Part shown: positions 48,519 through 61,335 of the stretch, piece by piece
Layout of the letters: each line of letters opens with the position of its first letter
How positions within the stretch are numbered: the first letter of the stretch is position 1
DNA from: Tubulanus polymorphus
Lineage: Eukaryota > Animalia > Nemertea
Assembly: GCF_964204645.1 (NCBI RefSeq)
Contig: NC_134027.1
Coordinates: 18,066,560-18,130,559, forward strand
DNA length: 64,000 nt
Reading direction: 5' to 3'
Position numbers and translations under genes: made by a program
Notes under the pieces: model-generated
Database searches by the model: none
The model's input: the letters and a program-made list of their open reading frames with translations, nothing else
Told to the model about the DNA's origin: nothing

Positions 48519-51500
48519 AACTAGGGGTCCAGGGACACCATGCCCACTTGGAAAGTGGTTCCAAATGCTCAACAATCTAACACTTTCAATATTCAACGCC
48601 CCCCGGTGACCTTATACAAAAACCAATGACCTTGAAACTCACCACAATCATAGAACATGTCAGCAGCTACGATTTTGTAATTGATTGTGATAACAAAATA
48701 TGCCTAGGTACCAATATAATAAGGAAATACTAAGTTATTCTACTATTCAACGCCCCCTGGTGACCATATACAAAAACTTTCCAATTGATTGTAGTTACAA
48801 AATATGCATAGGTACGAATATAATAAAGAAATGCTAAGATATTGTATTATTCAAAGCCCCCTAGTGGCCATAAACAAAATTCAATTACCTTGAAACTCAC
48901 CACAATCATAGAACACGTTATGAGCTACAACTTTCTAATTGATTGTGGTAGCAAAATACGCTTAGGTATCAATATAATGTGGAAAAACTTTTTCCCACTT
49001 ACGAATGAGTACTGGTGACACCAAGATGGCCGCCAATTGCGTCATAATTGCCTGATGAAAAATACCTGTCTCAGGTATAAAACATCCCTTTCCAAAGAAT
49101 ACCCATCACAAATTGCAATGAGAAATGGCAAACCAGTAGGAAGCTACAGGACTCAGAATTCGGGCAAAAATTAACATTTTGGGCACTAAAAAGGTCATAG
49201 GACGGCCATCTTGAGTCCGATCGACCCAATTTTTGTTATGCTGATGGGCCCTGGGGGGATTCACTTATATCCGAAAGATCAACGTAATTGATCAAAGCGT
49301 CTTCAATATTTCCCGCAAAAAGTTCAAAAATGTGTAAAAAGTGCTGATTTTGGCAAACAACAATGGCTGCCAGTCGGCCATCTTGATTCTGACAGGGCCA
49401 GTTTTTGGGCTGAAGATGTGTCTAGGGTAGATACATGTGTAACCCAAATATCAAGATGTTACCTTGAAGAGCCTTCAAAACTTCCCAAAATAACTGGATT
49501 CCGTCTACGGACGGACGCTATTACAGACGAACAGGCCTTCTGCAACTTTTAGACCTTCTGCAACTTTGGCCTTCTGCAACTTCAAAATTCAATCCTTCTG
49601 CAACTTTGAAAACGTGTTCTGACAAATAGGCCCTGTGTTACTTTGACAAATACATAATATTAAGAATTTCAGCATGCATAGAAGAGTTTACAAGTATATC
49701 AAATGCAATCAAATTTAGTAATAGAGCATTGAAAAATTAAAGCACTGCTCTTCACTCTGCATGATATAAGTTCATTATGATCGAGAATTTGCATTTCTTG
49801 AGAAAGAAACAGGTTTAGACAAAAAAGGTTAAGGGACCTAACCGATCCTAATTAATTTAAAAGAATAAACCCGGAAATAAGAATTTGGTAAAAATGTGCT
49901 GATTTAATATATGAATGGATCAACTAATTATATTCTGATACTCAGCTTCCATGAAAAATTTAGTCAAATAAATAATTGAGTCCATAGGGCTAATACCTGA
50001 TAAATCATCTAAAACAATGTGAAAAGTTTTAGAAATCGATCGGTTAATTTTGGTTGAAATCGTAGAGCAAATCGTATATTTTATTTGAGGAGTGACTATT
50101 TCCATGAAATTTATGACTATGCTTAGAACAAATGTTTGACCACCTATTTGAAAATACTTATACTCAAAATTATATCAAATTGAATGTAAACTTATCATGT
50201 ACATGTGGGTAAGTTTCGAACAGATCAAATATATACATTATCAACGAAATGAGACAGATCCTTTTCTTTGAATAGGAACAACACCTTACTTCGGAATCTG
50301 GTCACTCAATATGAAGAGAATTGATTGAATTGTGGAATTTGGACATTATTCGAAAAAATTGTATTCCCATTCGAAAGTTCCACAGGTCCTTAGATTATTA
50401 CAGAAACCTCAGTAGAAGACATTGATACAAATGAATTGGAATAAATTGAAATAAATTCCGATATTCCAATAACAAGCCTAATTGTAAAGCCCTCAGAAAT
50501 TAAGCAATTTCATGAAGTTGCACAAGGTCTATTGACAAATTGATTGAATTGATGGAAAATTCTAGTTAGTTTAAGTTAGTTTTAAAGACAAATAATTGAA
50601 TTCAAAAAAACTTATTACCCTGATGAATCATTTCCTTTAGAAACAGTAAAACAATGTCAAAAGTCCTAGAATCCTATTGGTTGATTTTGAATGGAATCAT
50701 GGGGTAACTTTTATCTTTTATATGACGAGTGACTGTTTCCACGAACTTGATATAAGCATTGCAACTGACTATACTCAGAACAAATGTTTGACCACCTATC
50801 TGGGAATACTTCTAATTCAAATTATATAAAATTGAATTAAAGCTTATTACGTACCTGTAGGTAAGTTTGAACAGATCAAATAGAAGCCAGAACACGCATA
50901 AGATTCATACGGTTATGTAGAAATTTTTCTTATACATCTTTTAAGACAACGAATTAAGACATATCTTTTTCAATGAATAGGTGCAACACCTTATATCAAA
51001 ATCAGGTCACTTAATATGAAGAGAATTGTTTGAACCGTTCGAGTTTGAATATTATTCAGGAAAACTGTATTCCCGTCCGAAAGTTGCACGGTCCTTGGAT
51101 AAAAAATAAGTTTTGATTAAGGGTAACTCATACCCATACAAATTGTATGGTTAGAGATACCTTAGTGGAGCATATCTATACAAAAGAATAGCAATGTAGT
51201 TGATTTTGAATGAAATCATGGGGTAACTCTTTATCTTTTATATGACGAGTGACTTGTTTCCACGAACTTGTTTAAAGAATTTCAACTGACTATACTCAGA
51301 ACAAATGTTTGACCACCTATCTGGGAATACTTCTACTTCAAATTATATCAAATTGAATTAAAATTTATTACGTACCTGTAGGTAAGTTTCAAACAGATCA
51401 AATAGAAGCCAGAAAACGCATAAGATTCATACGGTTATGTAGAAATTTATCTTATACATCTTTTAAGACAACGAAATAAGACATATCTTTTTCTATGTAG

Positions 51501-54450
51501 GTATATTTTCTATAATAGGTGCAAACCCTTATATCAAAACCTGGCCACTCAATATGAGGAGAATTGTTTGAACCGTTCGAGTTTGTACATTATTCAGGAA
51601 AACTGTATTCCCGCCCGAAAGATGCACAGGTCCTTGGATAAAAGATAAGTTTTGATTAAGGGTAACTCATACCCATACAAATTGTTAGAGATACCTTAGT
51701 AGGGGATATTGATACAAAAGAATTGCAATAAAATTAAATTAATTCTGATATTTTCATAACAATCCTCAGAAATTAAGCAATTTCATAAAGTTGCACAAGG
51801 TCTATGGACAAATTGATTTCATACAAGAAAATTCTATGATTTTAGTGAAGTTAGTTTTAAAGACAAATAACTAAATTCAAAACAACTTATTACCCTGATG
51901 AATGATTTTCGTTAGAAAGAGTAAAACGATGTCAAAAGTTCTAGAATCCTATTGGTTGATTTTGATTGAAATCATGGGGTAAATTTTATCTTTTATATGA
52001 CGAGTGACTGTTTCCACGAACTTGATATAAGCATTGCAACTGACTATACTCAGAACAAATGTTTGAGCACCTATCTGGGAATACTTCTAATTATATCAAA
52101 TTGAATTAAAATTTTTTACGTACCTGTAGGTAAGTTTCGAACAGATCACATAGAAACCAGAAAACGCATAAGATTCATCCGGTTATGTAGAAATTTTTCT
52201 TATACATCTTTTAAGACATCGAAATAAGACATATCTTTGTCTATGAATAGGTGCAACACCTAATATCAAAATCTGGCCACTCAATATGAAGAGAATTGTT
52301 TGAACCGTTCGGGTTTGTACATTATTCAGGAAAACTGTATTCCCGCCCGAAAGTTGCACAGGTCCTTGGATAAAAAATAAGTTTTGATTAAAGGTAACTC
52401 ATACCCATACAAATTTTATTGTTAGAGATACCTTAGTAGAGCATATCTATACAAAAGAATTGCAATAAAATGAAATTAACTCCGAAATTCAATAACAATC
52501 CCAATTGCCAAGCCCTCAGAAATTAAGCAATTTCATTAAGTTGCACAAGGTTTATGGACAAATTGATTTAATACAAGAAAATTCTATGATTTTAGTGAAG
52601 TTAGTTTTAAAGACAAATAACTAAATTCAAAACAACTTATTACCCTGATGAATCATTTCCATTAGAAAGAGTAAAACAATGTCAAAAGTTCTAGAATCCT
52701 ATTGGTTGATTTTGATTGAAATCATGGGGTAAATCTTATCTTTATGACGAGTGACTGTTTCCACGAACTTGATATAAGCATTGCAACTGACTATACTCAA
52801 AACAAATGTTTGACCACCTATCTGGGAATACTTCTACTTCAAATTATATCAAATTGAATTAAAATTTATTACGTACCTGTAGGTAAGTTTCGAACAGATC
52901 AAATAGAAGCCAGAAAACGCATAAGATTCATATGGTTATGTAAACATTTTTCTTATACATCTTTTAAGACATCGAAATAAGACATATCTTTTTCTATGAA
53001 TAGATGCAACACCTAATATCGAAATCTGGCCACTCAATATGAAGAGAATTGTTTGAATTATTCGAGTTTGTACATCATTCAGGAAAACTGTATTCCTGTC
53101 CAAAAGTTGCACAGGTCCTTAGACAAAAAATAAGTTTTGATTAAGGGTAACTCATACCCATACAAATTGTATTCTTAGAGATACATTAGATTCTGCACTT
53201 AGTGAGACAGCTTTAAAGTAATCTGATACTGAAAATGATTTAAAGATGGTGCTTCCAAGCTATCATCATTGTGTTGTATATATTTTAAAATCCATTCTGA
53301 ACAAAATCTCCTACCTAGCGAACAGCAGTTTGACCATTTGGTGTACAACTAACTATCTAATGTCAGCGATAACTATCTAATGTCAGCGAAATACATTCAT
53401 CATCACATATTGTTGATAGTTAGGGTTTAACAATGCTAATAAGTGTTTTTGTTCTTTTTAGTAGCTTCTTATGCTAATAACTATAGAAAAATCGGCCACA
53501 TACGAGAATAAATTACTCCAATCATCCTGGTTGAGTGTAGCGTACAAAGTACCATCTTGCTACGCGCCAAATCTGTGTTCAACCTATAGAAAATATACGG
53601 CCAGCTCAATGCCGTATTGACATGGGCTTTTTGGATTATATTACAATCATATTACGATTATATTACAATTTTCATTTCATTGATAATAGGATTTAGTTAA
53701 AACCTCGAAACGTGAGAAAAACATCTATCTAATCATCATCATTGTGGATTTACTAATCATGGGATTACTTATTACTATGACTCAATATCTGAAAGCTGTT
53801 TACAATTAAAAAATTCAAAATTCAAATACGTCATGCAAAATTGGTCAAAAGTTCAGAGGAAATATCCAATTAAGGAAATTAAATCTATAGTGAGTAGATT
53901 TTGGCATAACTACATAACATTATGTGCAGACATTACACACTGTAAACTGTCCATGGCCCTCTGCAACTTTATCATGTCCATGAGACCTTCTGCAACTTTA
54001 GGTAATAATCCCTATGTAACTTTCAGTGAAAAGATTTCTGCAACTTTCTCATCAAAAACTTTATCCTCCTGTAGAGGACAGCACTTCCTGAAAATGTCCA
54101 TAGTCCATAGAGATCTGTCCATGCATTTTTGTCCAAGGGATTGTGCAACTTTTTGTGGAATCATTAATGTAATGCAATTATTTTGACAGCGGAAAAGAAT
54201 TTTAAGATAATTTTTTGTCATTATGTCTTATTAATATGTTTTAGAAGATACTAAATCAACATTCTGGTGAAAGTCAAACACTTTATAACATAAAAACATC
54301 TGTAGAAATTTACATTGTTTATAAAGTTGCACAAGGTATTAAAGTTACACAAGGGTTCATTCGTACAAATGGACGGACGGATGAACGGACGGACGACGGA
54401 CGAAAGTGAACGCAATAACCCGCTGGGACTAAAGTCCCAAGTGGGCTAAA
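48519..54450 (-). mobile_element. HINE/DINE-1-like family A copy 3, inserted in the 144-aa gene homologue
   Basis: Reverse complement of the copy 1/2 ends; flanks rejoin (GAACCACATAAAA|ATAATATATAAT) like 18915-18933; no TSD, A-run target. Confidence 0.85.
49522..54365. mobile_element. Unclassified non-coding insertion with imperfect TIRs and an internal ~750-bp satellite
   Basis: Ends TACAGACGAAC..CCTTCTGCAACTTT / AAAGTTACACAAGGGTTCATTCGTA; repeat anchors GAGTGACT at ~50091, 50728, 51248, 52002 and 52749. Confidence 0.6.
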
Positions 54451-54628
54451 ATAATATATAATTTTACTTTTTAAATATTTTTTTCTTTTTAACTTTTAAA
54501 TCATTTTCAATTTGTTTTTCCAAATATAATTTTAATTTAGTTTTATTGATATCATGAGGAATAATATCATTATTGTCAACTTTCAATATTCATTATCATC
54601 CATTTATTTAACAGAAAATAATAAATAG

Positions 54629-55051
54629 TTAACTTGTAAATTTATATGCAACAAATATAACATTAACAGTCCCACCTAAAATCCATATTATTTCATATAT
54701 CTTCTGTTCATTACTTGGGGTATAATAATCTGATATTGTAGGTTTATAAAGATTAAATTTTTCTTTATTTGTTACTGCGTTATATAAACTCATAGCATCA
54801 TCGATTGATTGAAAATCTCTATGTGAAATTTTCTGATAATATAATCCTTTATTGATATAATCCATATAATTTTGTCTCTTTTCTCTATATTCTTTTGCAG
54901 CTTCATTATATTTCTCTAATGCTAAGTTATGTCTTTTTTGTTCTGATAATGAACAATTTTTATCAATATGCTTAAATAAATAACCACCACCAGTAAATGC
55001 TAATGTTTTAACAATTGCCCATCCTATAATAGTTATAATTGCAGATGCCAT
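54629..55051 (-). CDS. Membrane protein, paralogue of 19103-19525
   Basis: Intact 140 aa, same length and motifs. Confidence 0.8.
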   Translation of the reverse strand: MASAIITIIGWAIVKTLAFTGGGYLFKHIDKNCSLSEQKRHNLALEKYNEAAKEYREKRQNYMDYINKGLYYQKISHRDFQSIDDAMSLYNAVTNKEKFNLYKPTISDYYTPSNEQKIYEIIWILGGTVNVIFVAYKFTS

Positions 55052-55194
55052 TTATTTAGTAAAAAATTACGTGTTAATAGGAGCAATATATATAGGAGGA
55101 ATATAATTCTCATTTCCTTACCATGTTTAAAATCAAACCCAAAACATATACTCGGTCCTACTGTCATATTTATTATATCATAAAAAAATTATTA

Positions 55195-55954
55195 ATTATT
55201 CTCTGCATCTTACAACTAATTCATATATCACAGGAAAGTTATTCAAATCAATTAAGTATCCATTTTGATTTCTAATTTCTAACTTAAAATTATTAAATTG
55301 TGAAATACAAGGCTTAAAATCTCATTCTGTTAAATTATAATTGATTTGCGTTCCAAATTCTTTAACATTCTTCAATGGTAAAATATTTAATATACTAGAA
55401 TTACAAGTTGTATCTTTAGTTGCTTCGAATGTTTTTGTAGGATCAATAAAATTACAATATATATAGAAATGTGTGTAAGGTATTAAGTTTGGTGTAGCAT
55501 CAATATTTGTAAAAGATCTATCTGGAGGAATTCCTAACAGTTAGCTATAGGTTTTTTACCATAAATTTATGTTTTTCACTATGAGATAACCTTTTTTTAT
55601 TTTATCAGAACTATCACTTTTTAATAATCTAATGTTAAATCCGGAATCGCTACCTTATTTGTGCCAGGCTGTTCTATTAATTGCTTGTGATAATGTATCT
55701 AAATTATATAACCCTGGTTTTAAATATATATAGAACCATTCATCTTTATTTTTATTAAAAATTAAAAAGGCTCTATCTTCGATAGTTTTATTCGATATAT
55801 TGTAAAATGAGTTACATAAACTAATATTTACTAATTTTAAATCAACACAATTTCTAAATTCTCTACCTAATTGTATCAATAAATTATGAGATTTATGATT
55901 TGTAAGTCTTCTTGAATCAACAAATATTCTATATGATTTCAATTTAGCTTGCAT
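55195..55954 (-). pseudogene. Penton-like pseudogene, relic B
   Basis: Homologous to 20145-20903; stop at 55655 and indels. Confidence 0.75.
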
Positions 55955-55972
55955 TTATTTTACGTATTTTTT

Positions 55973-56305
55973 TTATTCCAAATCTATATCATGACATCCT
56001 TTTTCATTCTTACCTTTGTATATGAAATAGAAATCACCTGAATATAATTCTTCAATATCTTCACTAGATAATCTATGAAATCTATCTGTTCTGAATTTAT
56101 ATTTATTTCCTTTTAATCCTTCATATTCTAAGTGAATAACTAATTTATTACCATATCTATTAGTAATTGTTTCAATATTTGTAATCAAATATTTCTTATT
56201 TAATGTTAATTCTGTTAACTTTTTGAATTTATAATCTACAGATTTGGCATTTGTAGTATCTTTGATTCTATCTAGAAATTCACTACGTATTTGTTTACTC
56301 TCCAT
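55973..56305 (-). CDS. MESKQ-family small protein (possible OB-fold/SSB)
   Basis: Open 110-aa ORF; two homologues elsewhere in the window; TAAATG start. Confidence 0.7.
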   Translation of the reverse strand: MESKQIRSEFLDRIKDTTNAKSVDYKFKKLTELTLNKKYLITNIETITNRYGNKLVIHLEYEGLKGNKYKFRTDRFHRLSSEDIEELYSGDFYFIYKGKNEKGCHDIDLE

Positions 56306-56388
56306 TTATGATACATATTTTTTATTAAAATTGATTTCATTAATATAATATTCATTTATATAATGTTCATATATATGAATATTATTTG

Positions 56389-56535
56389 AGCAATAGGGTA
56401 AGTGTTGTTTCATATCAGAGGTTGAAAGGTTGAGTGAGTGAAGAATAAAAATAAATTTGAGCGTGTGAGAATTTTTTATTTTTTATGAGCTCGACCTTTC
56501 GACCTTTGATCTGAAAAGACACTTACCCTATTACT
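56389..56535. repeat. 147-bp terminal foldback of relic B
   Basis: AGCAATAGGGTAAGTG...CACTTACCCTATTACT inverted arms. Confidence 0.85.
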
Positions 56536-58532
56536 AACCCCACCTACCGCCAGGTGTCCTCATTCTCCATACAAAATCATAGGAAACCCCCACCACCGCC
56601 CCCCCCTCCCCCCCCCCCGATATACAGCCAAGATCGTTCTGCACCAAGGTATGGGCGGTAGGCCTATCGGGGGTTGACCATATTCAAGACAATGTTCTCT
56701 TAAACTCTGGAGGGTTTTAAAGGGCAAATGCCATCAAAATTGTACTTTCGGCGATTTCTTAACCAGAAGAAACTTTAGTATACATAATATAGCTGCAAAG
56801 CAGCGATGACAGGTTTTCTGCAAAGCCATTCAGGATGATGGGAATTGTGGTAAATTGAAATACCAGAGCTGCCAACCTCAGAACGATGTTGTCAGTACAA
56901 TTTTTTGAGTTTGTCAGTATTTTCTTGAGGTTGTCAGTATTTTTCCAAGAATAACGCGACACGAAAAAAGCTTCCAGTTCCTGTCCAAAAATGGAATTTC
57001 TAGCCAAAAATAAATGAGTCGACCACAAGATTAAGATATTGTAAGAATTAATGCTAGGATTTACATATTTTAGATCTAAAGTTTCGATGTAATAAGAACT
57101 CATCTTCAGCACCTGCTGAGTCGATAGATTGTGTAAATTTACAGATAAGAACGCCTTATTATTTGGAATAGATTTAGGGAGTTAATCTTTTTATTGAAAT
57201 ATTTGAATAAATACGTACATGTATATTGTAGTGTAGATTCAATCAATAAATTATGAATTGATTTGGTCTGGGTTTTGGGTCGATGTTGATTTCGGCTTTT
57301 ATGGATTACAAATTCTATACTGATAACAATTTATGCCTGCAACATGTGTGTAAATATCAAACCTATTCCATTAGTTGTGTGTGTTTCCTAATCAACGGGA
57401 GATTCACTATTGATCTTAGTTATTAGAAAAATAATGTTCATTTAAAAATTCATTTCTTTTTCCTATAATCATATTTGTTCTGTCCTAATCTTTATTTCTG
57501 TATGAACCAATGATATGCTTTGTTAATATAATGTAATAAAATAAATTTAAATTTGAATGTGAGAATCAAGCATTACTTGTGTTTTTTCTACTTGGCTGTT
57601 GTTAACAAGTTCTAGAGTTTCAATTACAATCAAATCCAAATTGGCTAAAAAATACATAGGACTAAATGAAATGAATTGTTAGTCACTGCAAACCTATTCC
57701 AGTGTTATGTCGATCGAGTTGAATCACTTTGCTTGAGTTGAAAGAATCAGATCTTCTATGGTGGAACATCGGTCGAAGAGATATATCTTGGTTTTGACTG
57801 TCCTTGACCATTTAACTTCATGTGTGACATTGGAATCAGCATCATACCCATTCTTCTCAATATTCATACAACATGAAAGCTATACATGTAGGCCTATACA
57901 GTATTTAAACTTTCACCGATGTTGGATATTTGAATGAACGTTGGGCTTATTTCAGTATTCTAAAGCAGGAAATAATAAGCCCAATCAATAGGCCCTATTC
58001 CTATTAGTTGGTACGATTGTATAATGCGTACAGCTGTACCGTACACTTATCAGTCAAGATTGGAGAAATCGGTATACCAAACCTACGTACAGCAAAATGT
58101 ACAGGCCTACAATGATTTCTGGTATACAAGCCGTGACCACACGAACGTTTGAGATCTAGGTTTGACTTTTAATGTCAGCAGGTCAGAGAAGGCCTGAATA
58201 AAATTTAATTGCATGGCTCAAATCAATAAGCCTTTCTGCGTGTGAATACTTCACTGTATTGTTTTAATATTATTGAGTAAATAATGCATCATTGACTGAA
58301 TTAGACTTTAGGCTAGTCCTAACCAAATCCTATCCATGTGATAATGGAACCAGTTATAGTAACATCAGTGTAGGGCCGACGAGAGGGAAAAAGTTGTGTT
58401 TGTAGTACGTAGGCATGGTAGACTTATCGTACTCACTTAATACACAAAACGCTGTTGTTACCCTACGTGACTGTACGGTGAATTCCACAGGTTAGCCGTA
58501 TGTGAGTACGTTGACGCTGTGACTTGCAATAT

Positions 58533-58596
58533 TGGGATTCGAAACCAAACGAAAAAAAATTCCAGCAGTCGTCCAGTGATTAACCCACTGAGCCAC
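58533..58596 (-). repeat. tRNA-derived (SINE-like) fragment
   Basis: Minus strand shows A-box-like GTGGCTCAGTGG and B-box-like GGTTTCGAATCCC; no full cloverleaf. Confidence 0.4.
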
Positions 58597-59952
58597 AGAA
58601 CGTAACTGCAGGGTGGATGAAATTTGATTTACAAATAGCCTCACCTACCTAACCCAAAACCTATTCTTTCACGCATGCCCGTATGTAGATTATAGGAACT
58701 CACGTACGGCGTTAGAAGGGAACTCACGTATGGTTGACTGTGGAGATCACTGGACAGTCATGTACGGGTAACAACTTCGTACTTAAAATGGTATTGGCTA
58801 CTATGATAGGCCTACAGACAAATGAATACGGTAGGCTTTCTTGGCTTCCACACTTCACAACCGAACCAACTGACCTGCCACTATATTTTAGTCCCAATAC
58901 GCACCAACCGACATAGTTAGTTACCTAATCGTTGGTGGTAAGCTTTTTATAATCGGATGGGCTTATACCAACATTAGGGATGACAAGGACCAAAACACGG
59001 TTGAAAAAAGTAACACTTCAAAAATATACTTTCTATTCACTTCAGTCCACAATTAATGGCTTAATTCACAAACTAACACAGGTACCTTTCGAAATAATCC
59101 AATTTTATGTATGTTTCGAGTGATTAATCAACATTATTTTGAGAAATTAATTAATTTCTCCACAAATTTCGCCATTGGCCGCCATTTCTCTGTATTACAC
59201 ATGTGGCATGATAAGACAAGGGGACCTACAAGGATTTATATAAAACTTCCAAGACGAAACGACAATTTTTATTTTTGATGGTTTTCCAACTTTTATTTCA
59301 AGTCTTCGTGTTTTCCATAATAAATAATGAAATAATAAATTTCTGGTAAAAGAAAAATGTGAATAAGTGTTGATTTTTTAATTTTTTTCAATTTCGTCGT
59401 TTCGCTTTGTTAGTTTGTGCTGTTGTCCTGGCCTCAGTCCACAGGTACCAGCACCTCCAGTAATTTTCAAAATGGCAGCTGTTGACTGGACGGAAATTTA
59501 CTCTCACTTTACGGCCGATTTGCACATGGATTAAGATCGTCAGGTGAGGTGTTATAGGTATCAGACAAACTACGAATCTGTTGTGCGTCGATTACAACAA
59601 AAATGAGACAGATATCTTAAGAGACAATGAAATGCCAGGCAAATTACTCGTCAGTCAAATTGGCTGACGAAGATTTCATACAAAAATGACCTTCCCATTC
59701 CTGACTGTGGTTTGTGAAAATATCCGATCGTGAAACTAAACCACAGTCAGGTTACTGACTACAACCGACACAGGCCTAACACTGTTAACTGTGTGTTCTA
59801 TAGTAGGCTATCGTAATCACCTGATACTTGTCTGTCGATCGTTTTCTCTCTGAGTCGAACGTAATTCTAGTAGCCACCCGCGACTCAACGACCTTGATTT
59901 GAACTTGATCAATTCAAAATCTATTTATTGACACTTTTGATTTCATGAACAG

Positions 59953-60300
59953 ATTAGAAAATTAAACGATACTTACCTTGGTAAGGAGAAGTTTGATTGT
60001 AATTCTACGAATTACGTCAGAGTGAGGGATTACATGGTAAGAGATCACTTCCGGAGTCACAATTCACATCAATGAAGGCAAAATAACCTGCGGAACAATC
60101 GCTGTAAATAAACATAATAATTCAAAAATAAATACACGTCAGAAAGGGTGGGACCAATCTGCATAAGAAGTATGGGAGGGCATGTAATCCCTCACTCTGA
60201 CGTAATTTATAGAATTACAATCAAACTTCTCCTTACCAAGGTAAGTATCGTTTAATTTTCTAATTCTCCAGCATTACGTCATAATGCTCGGGATTCCATG
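59953..60300. repeat. DIRS right ITR and internal complementary region
   Basis: ~84-bp inverted repeat 59953-60036 versus 60181-60264, plus the related adjacent segment 60264-60300. Confidence 0.85.
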
Positions 60301-60351
60301 AGATTTCAAAGAAATTTTGCCTGAATTAATATAGAAAATGAACATACCAAA

Positions 60352-61335
60352 TTATGAAAAAGTCGAAGCTCTAGATAAAACAGCCTCAGCCATAAGTTTA
60401 GCGGACGGCTCGATAATAGGTTTATTGTAGTAGTTGGCAAAAGTTGATTCACAAGTCCAACCTACAGCGTCCAAAATGACATTAATAGGTAATAACTTGG
60501 ATGCAGCAGAAGCAGAAGCCATCCGAGTAGAATGACTCGAAAAGCGTTCAATATTAATTCCAGCAGATGATAATACATCCTTAATCCAATTGGATAAAGT
60601 ATTAGAAGTAATACATTTATGTGGTTTCACAGTAGCTATGAAAAACCCATCATCAGACCTCAAAGATTGAGTAACATCAAGATATCGAGAAATATAACGA
60701 TAAACACACAAATCAGGATCCAAGGAATACTTGTAGAATGTAATCGGTTTGATAACCTTCCCTGGTCGATCCTGTTTCTGAGAAACATAAGAGAATGTAA
60801 CATGATCGGATTCCCATTTCATATGGTTAATAGAAAGTTGATTAAAAACATTACGCCTCTTACCAGAAACAAGAGCCATAAGACATAGAGTTTTCTTGGT
60901 TAAATCAGATAAACACAAATCTTCGATTGGTTCAAGCAATTTCAAATGTCTTAAGACAATCCCGGCATCCCAAGTCTCATCATATTTCGGTGTAGGAGGA
61001 CGATTTTCGAACACACCTTTCATAAGTCTTTTAACTAATGAATGCGAACCAATGTTTTCGTTACAGGATGCAAAAGAAAACGTAGAAACAGCTGACCGAG
61101 CTGAATTAATAGCGCTAAAGGAAAGTCCTTTAGAATACAAAAAAGTTAAAAATTCTACCAAAACTTCAGGCGTAGGACTCGAATAGTCCAAACCTCTATT
61201 TACATTATAAACAATCCACTGTTTATAGTACGCCTCATATTGTTTAATTGTAGAGCCTCTCAATGAAGATAATAGAAGTTGAATTGCAGGTTGAGAAAGT
61301 CCTCTTCTTCGCAAATTATAACTTAAAGTAGACAC
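60352..61335 (-). CDS. DIRS tyrosine recombinase
   Basis: SAM-like N-domain (INSARSAVS, LVKRLMKG); catalytic R (SGKR), HSTR, GW, FANYY. Confidence 0.93.
   Translation of the reverse strand: MSTLSYNLRRRGLSQPAIQLLLSSLRGSTIKQYEAYYKQWIVYNVNRGLDYSSPTPEVLVEFLTFLYSKGLSFSAINSARSAVSTFSFASCNENIGSHSLVKRLMKGVFENRPPTPKYDETWDAGIVLRHLKLLEPIEDLCLSDLTKKTLCLMALVSGKRRNVFNQLSINHMKWESDHVTFSYVSQKQDRPGKVIKPITFYKYSLDPDLCVYRYISRYLDVTQSLRSDDGFFIATVKPHKCITSNTLSNWIKDVLSSAGINIERFSSHSTRMASASAASKLLPINVILDAVGWTCESTFANYYNKPIIEPSAKLMAEAVLSRASTFS

Larger units (their letters stand above)
43980..56535 (-). mobile_element. Degraded Polinton-like relic B (right part), with deletions and nested insertions
   Basis: Homologues of MCP (45040-45645), 438-aa (46905-48180), 144-aa, 140-aa, penton and MESKQ genes; terminus CCCTATTACT at 56535; left end not found. 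Confidence 0.88.

Noticed and set aside
58533-58596. Functional tRNA gene
   Set aside because: A/B-box-like motifs only; no acceptor stem or complete cloverleaf.
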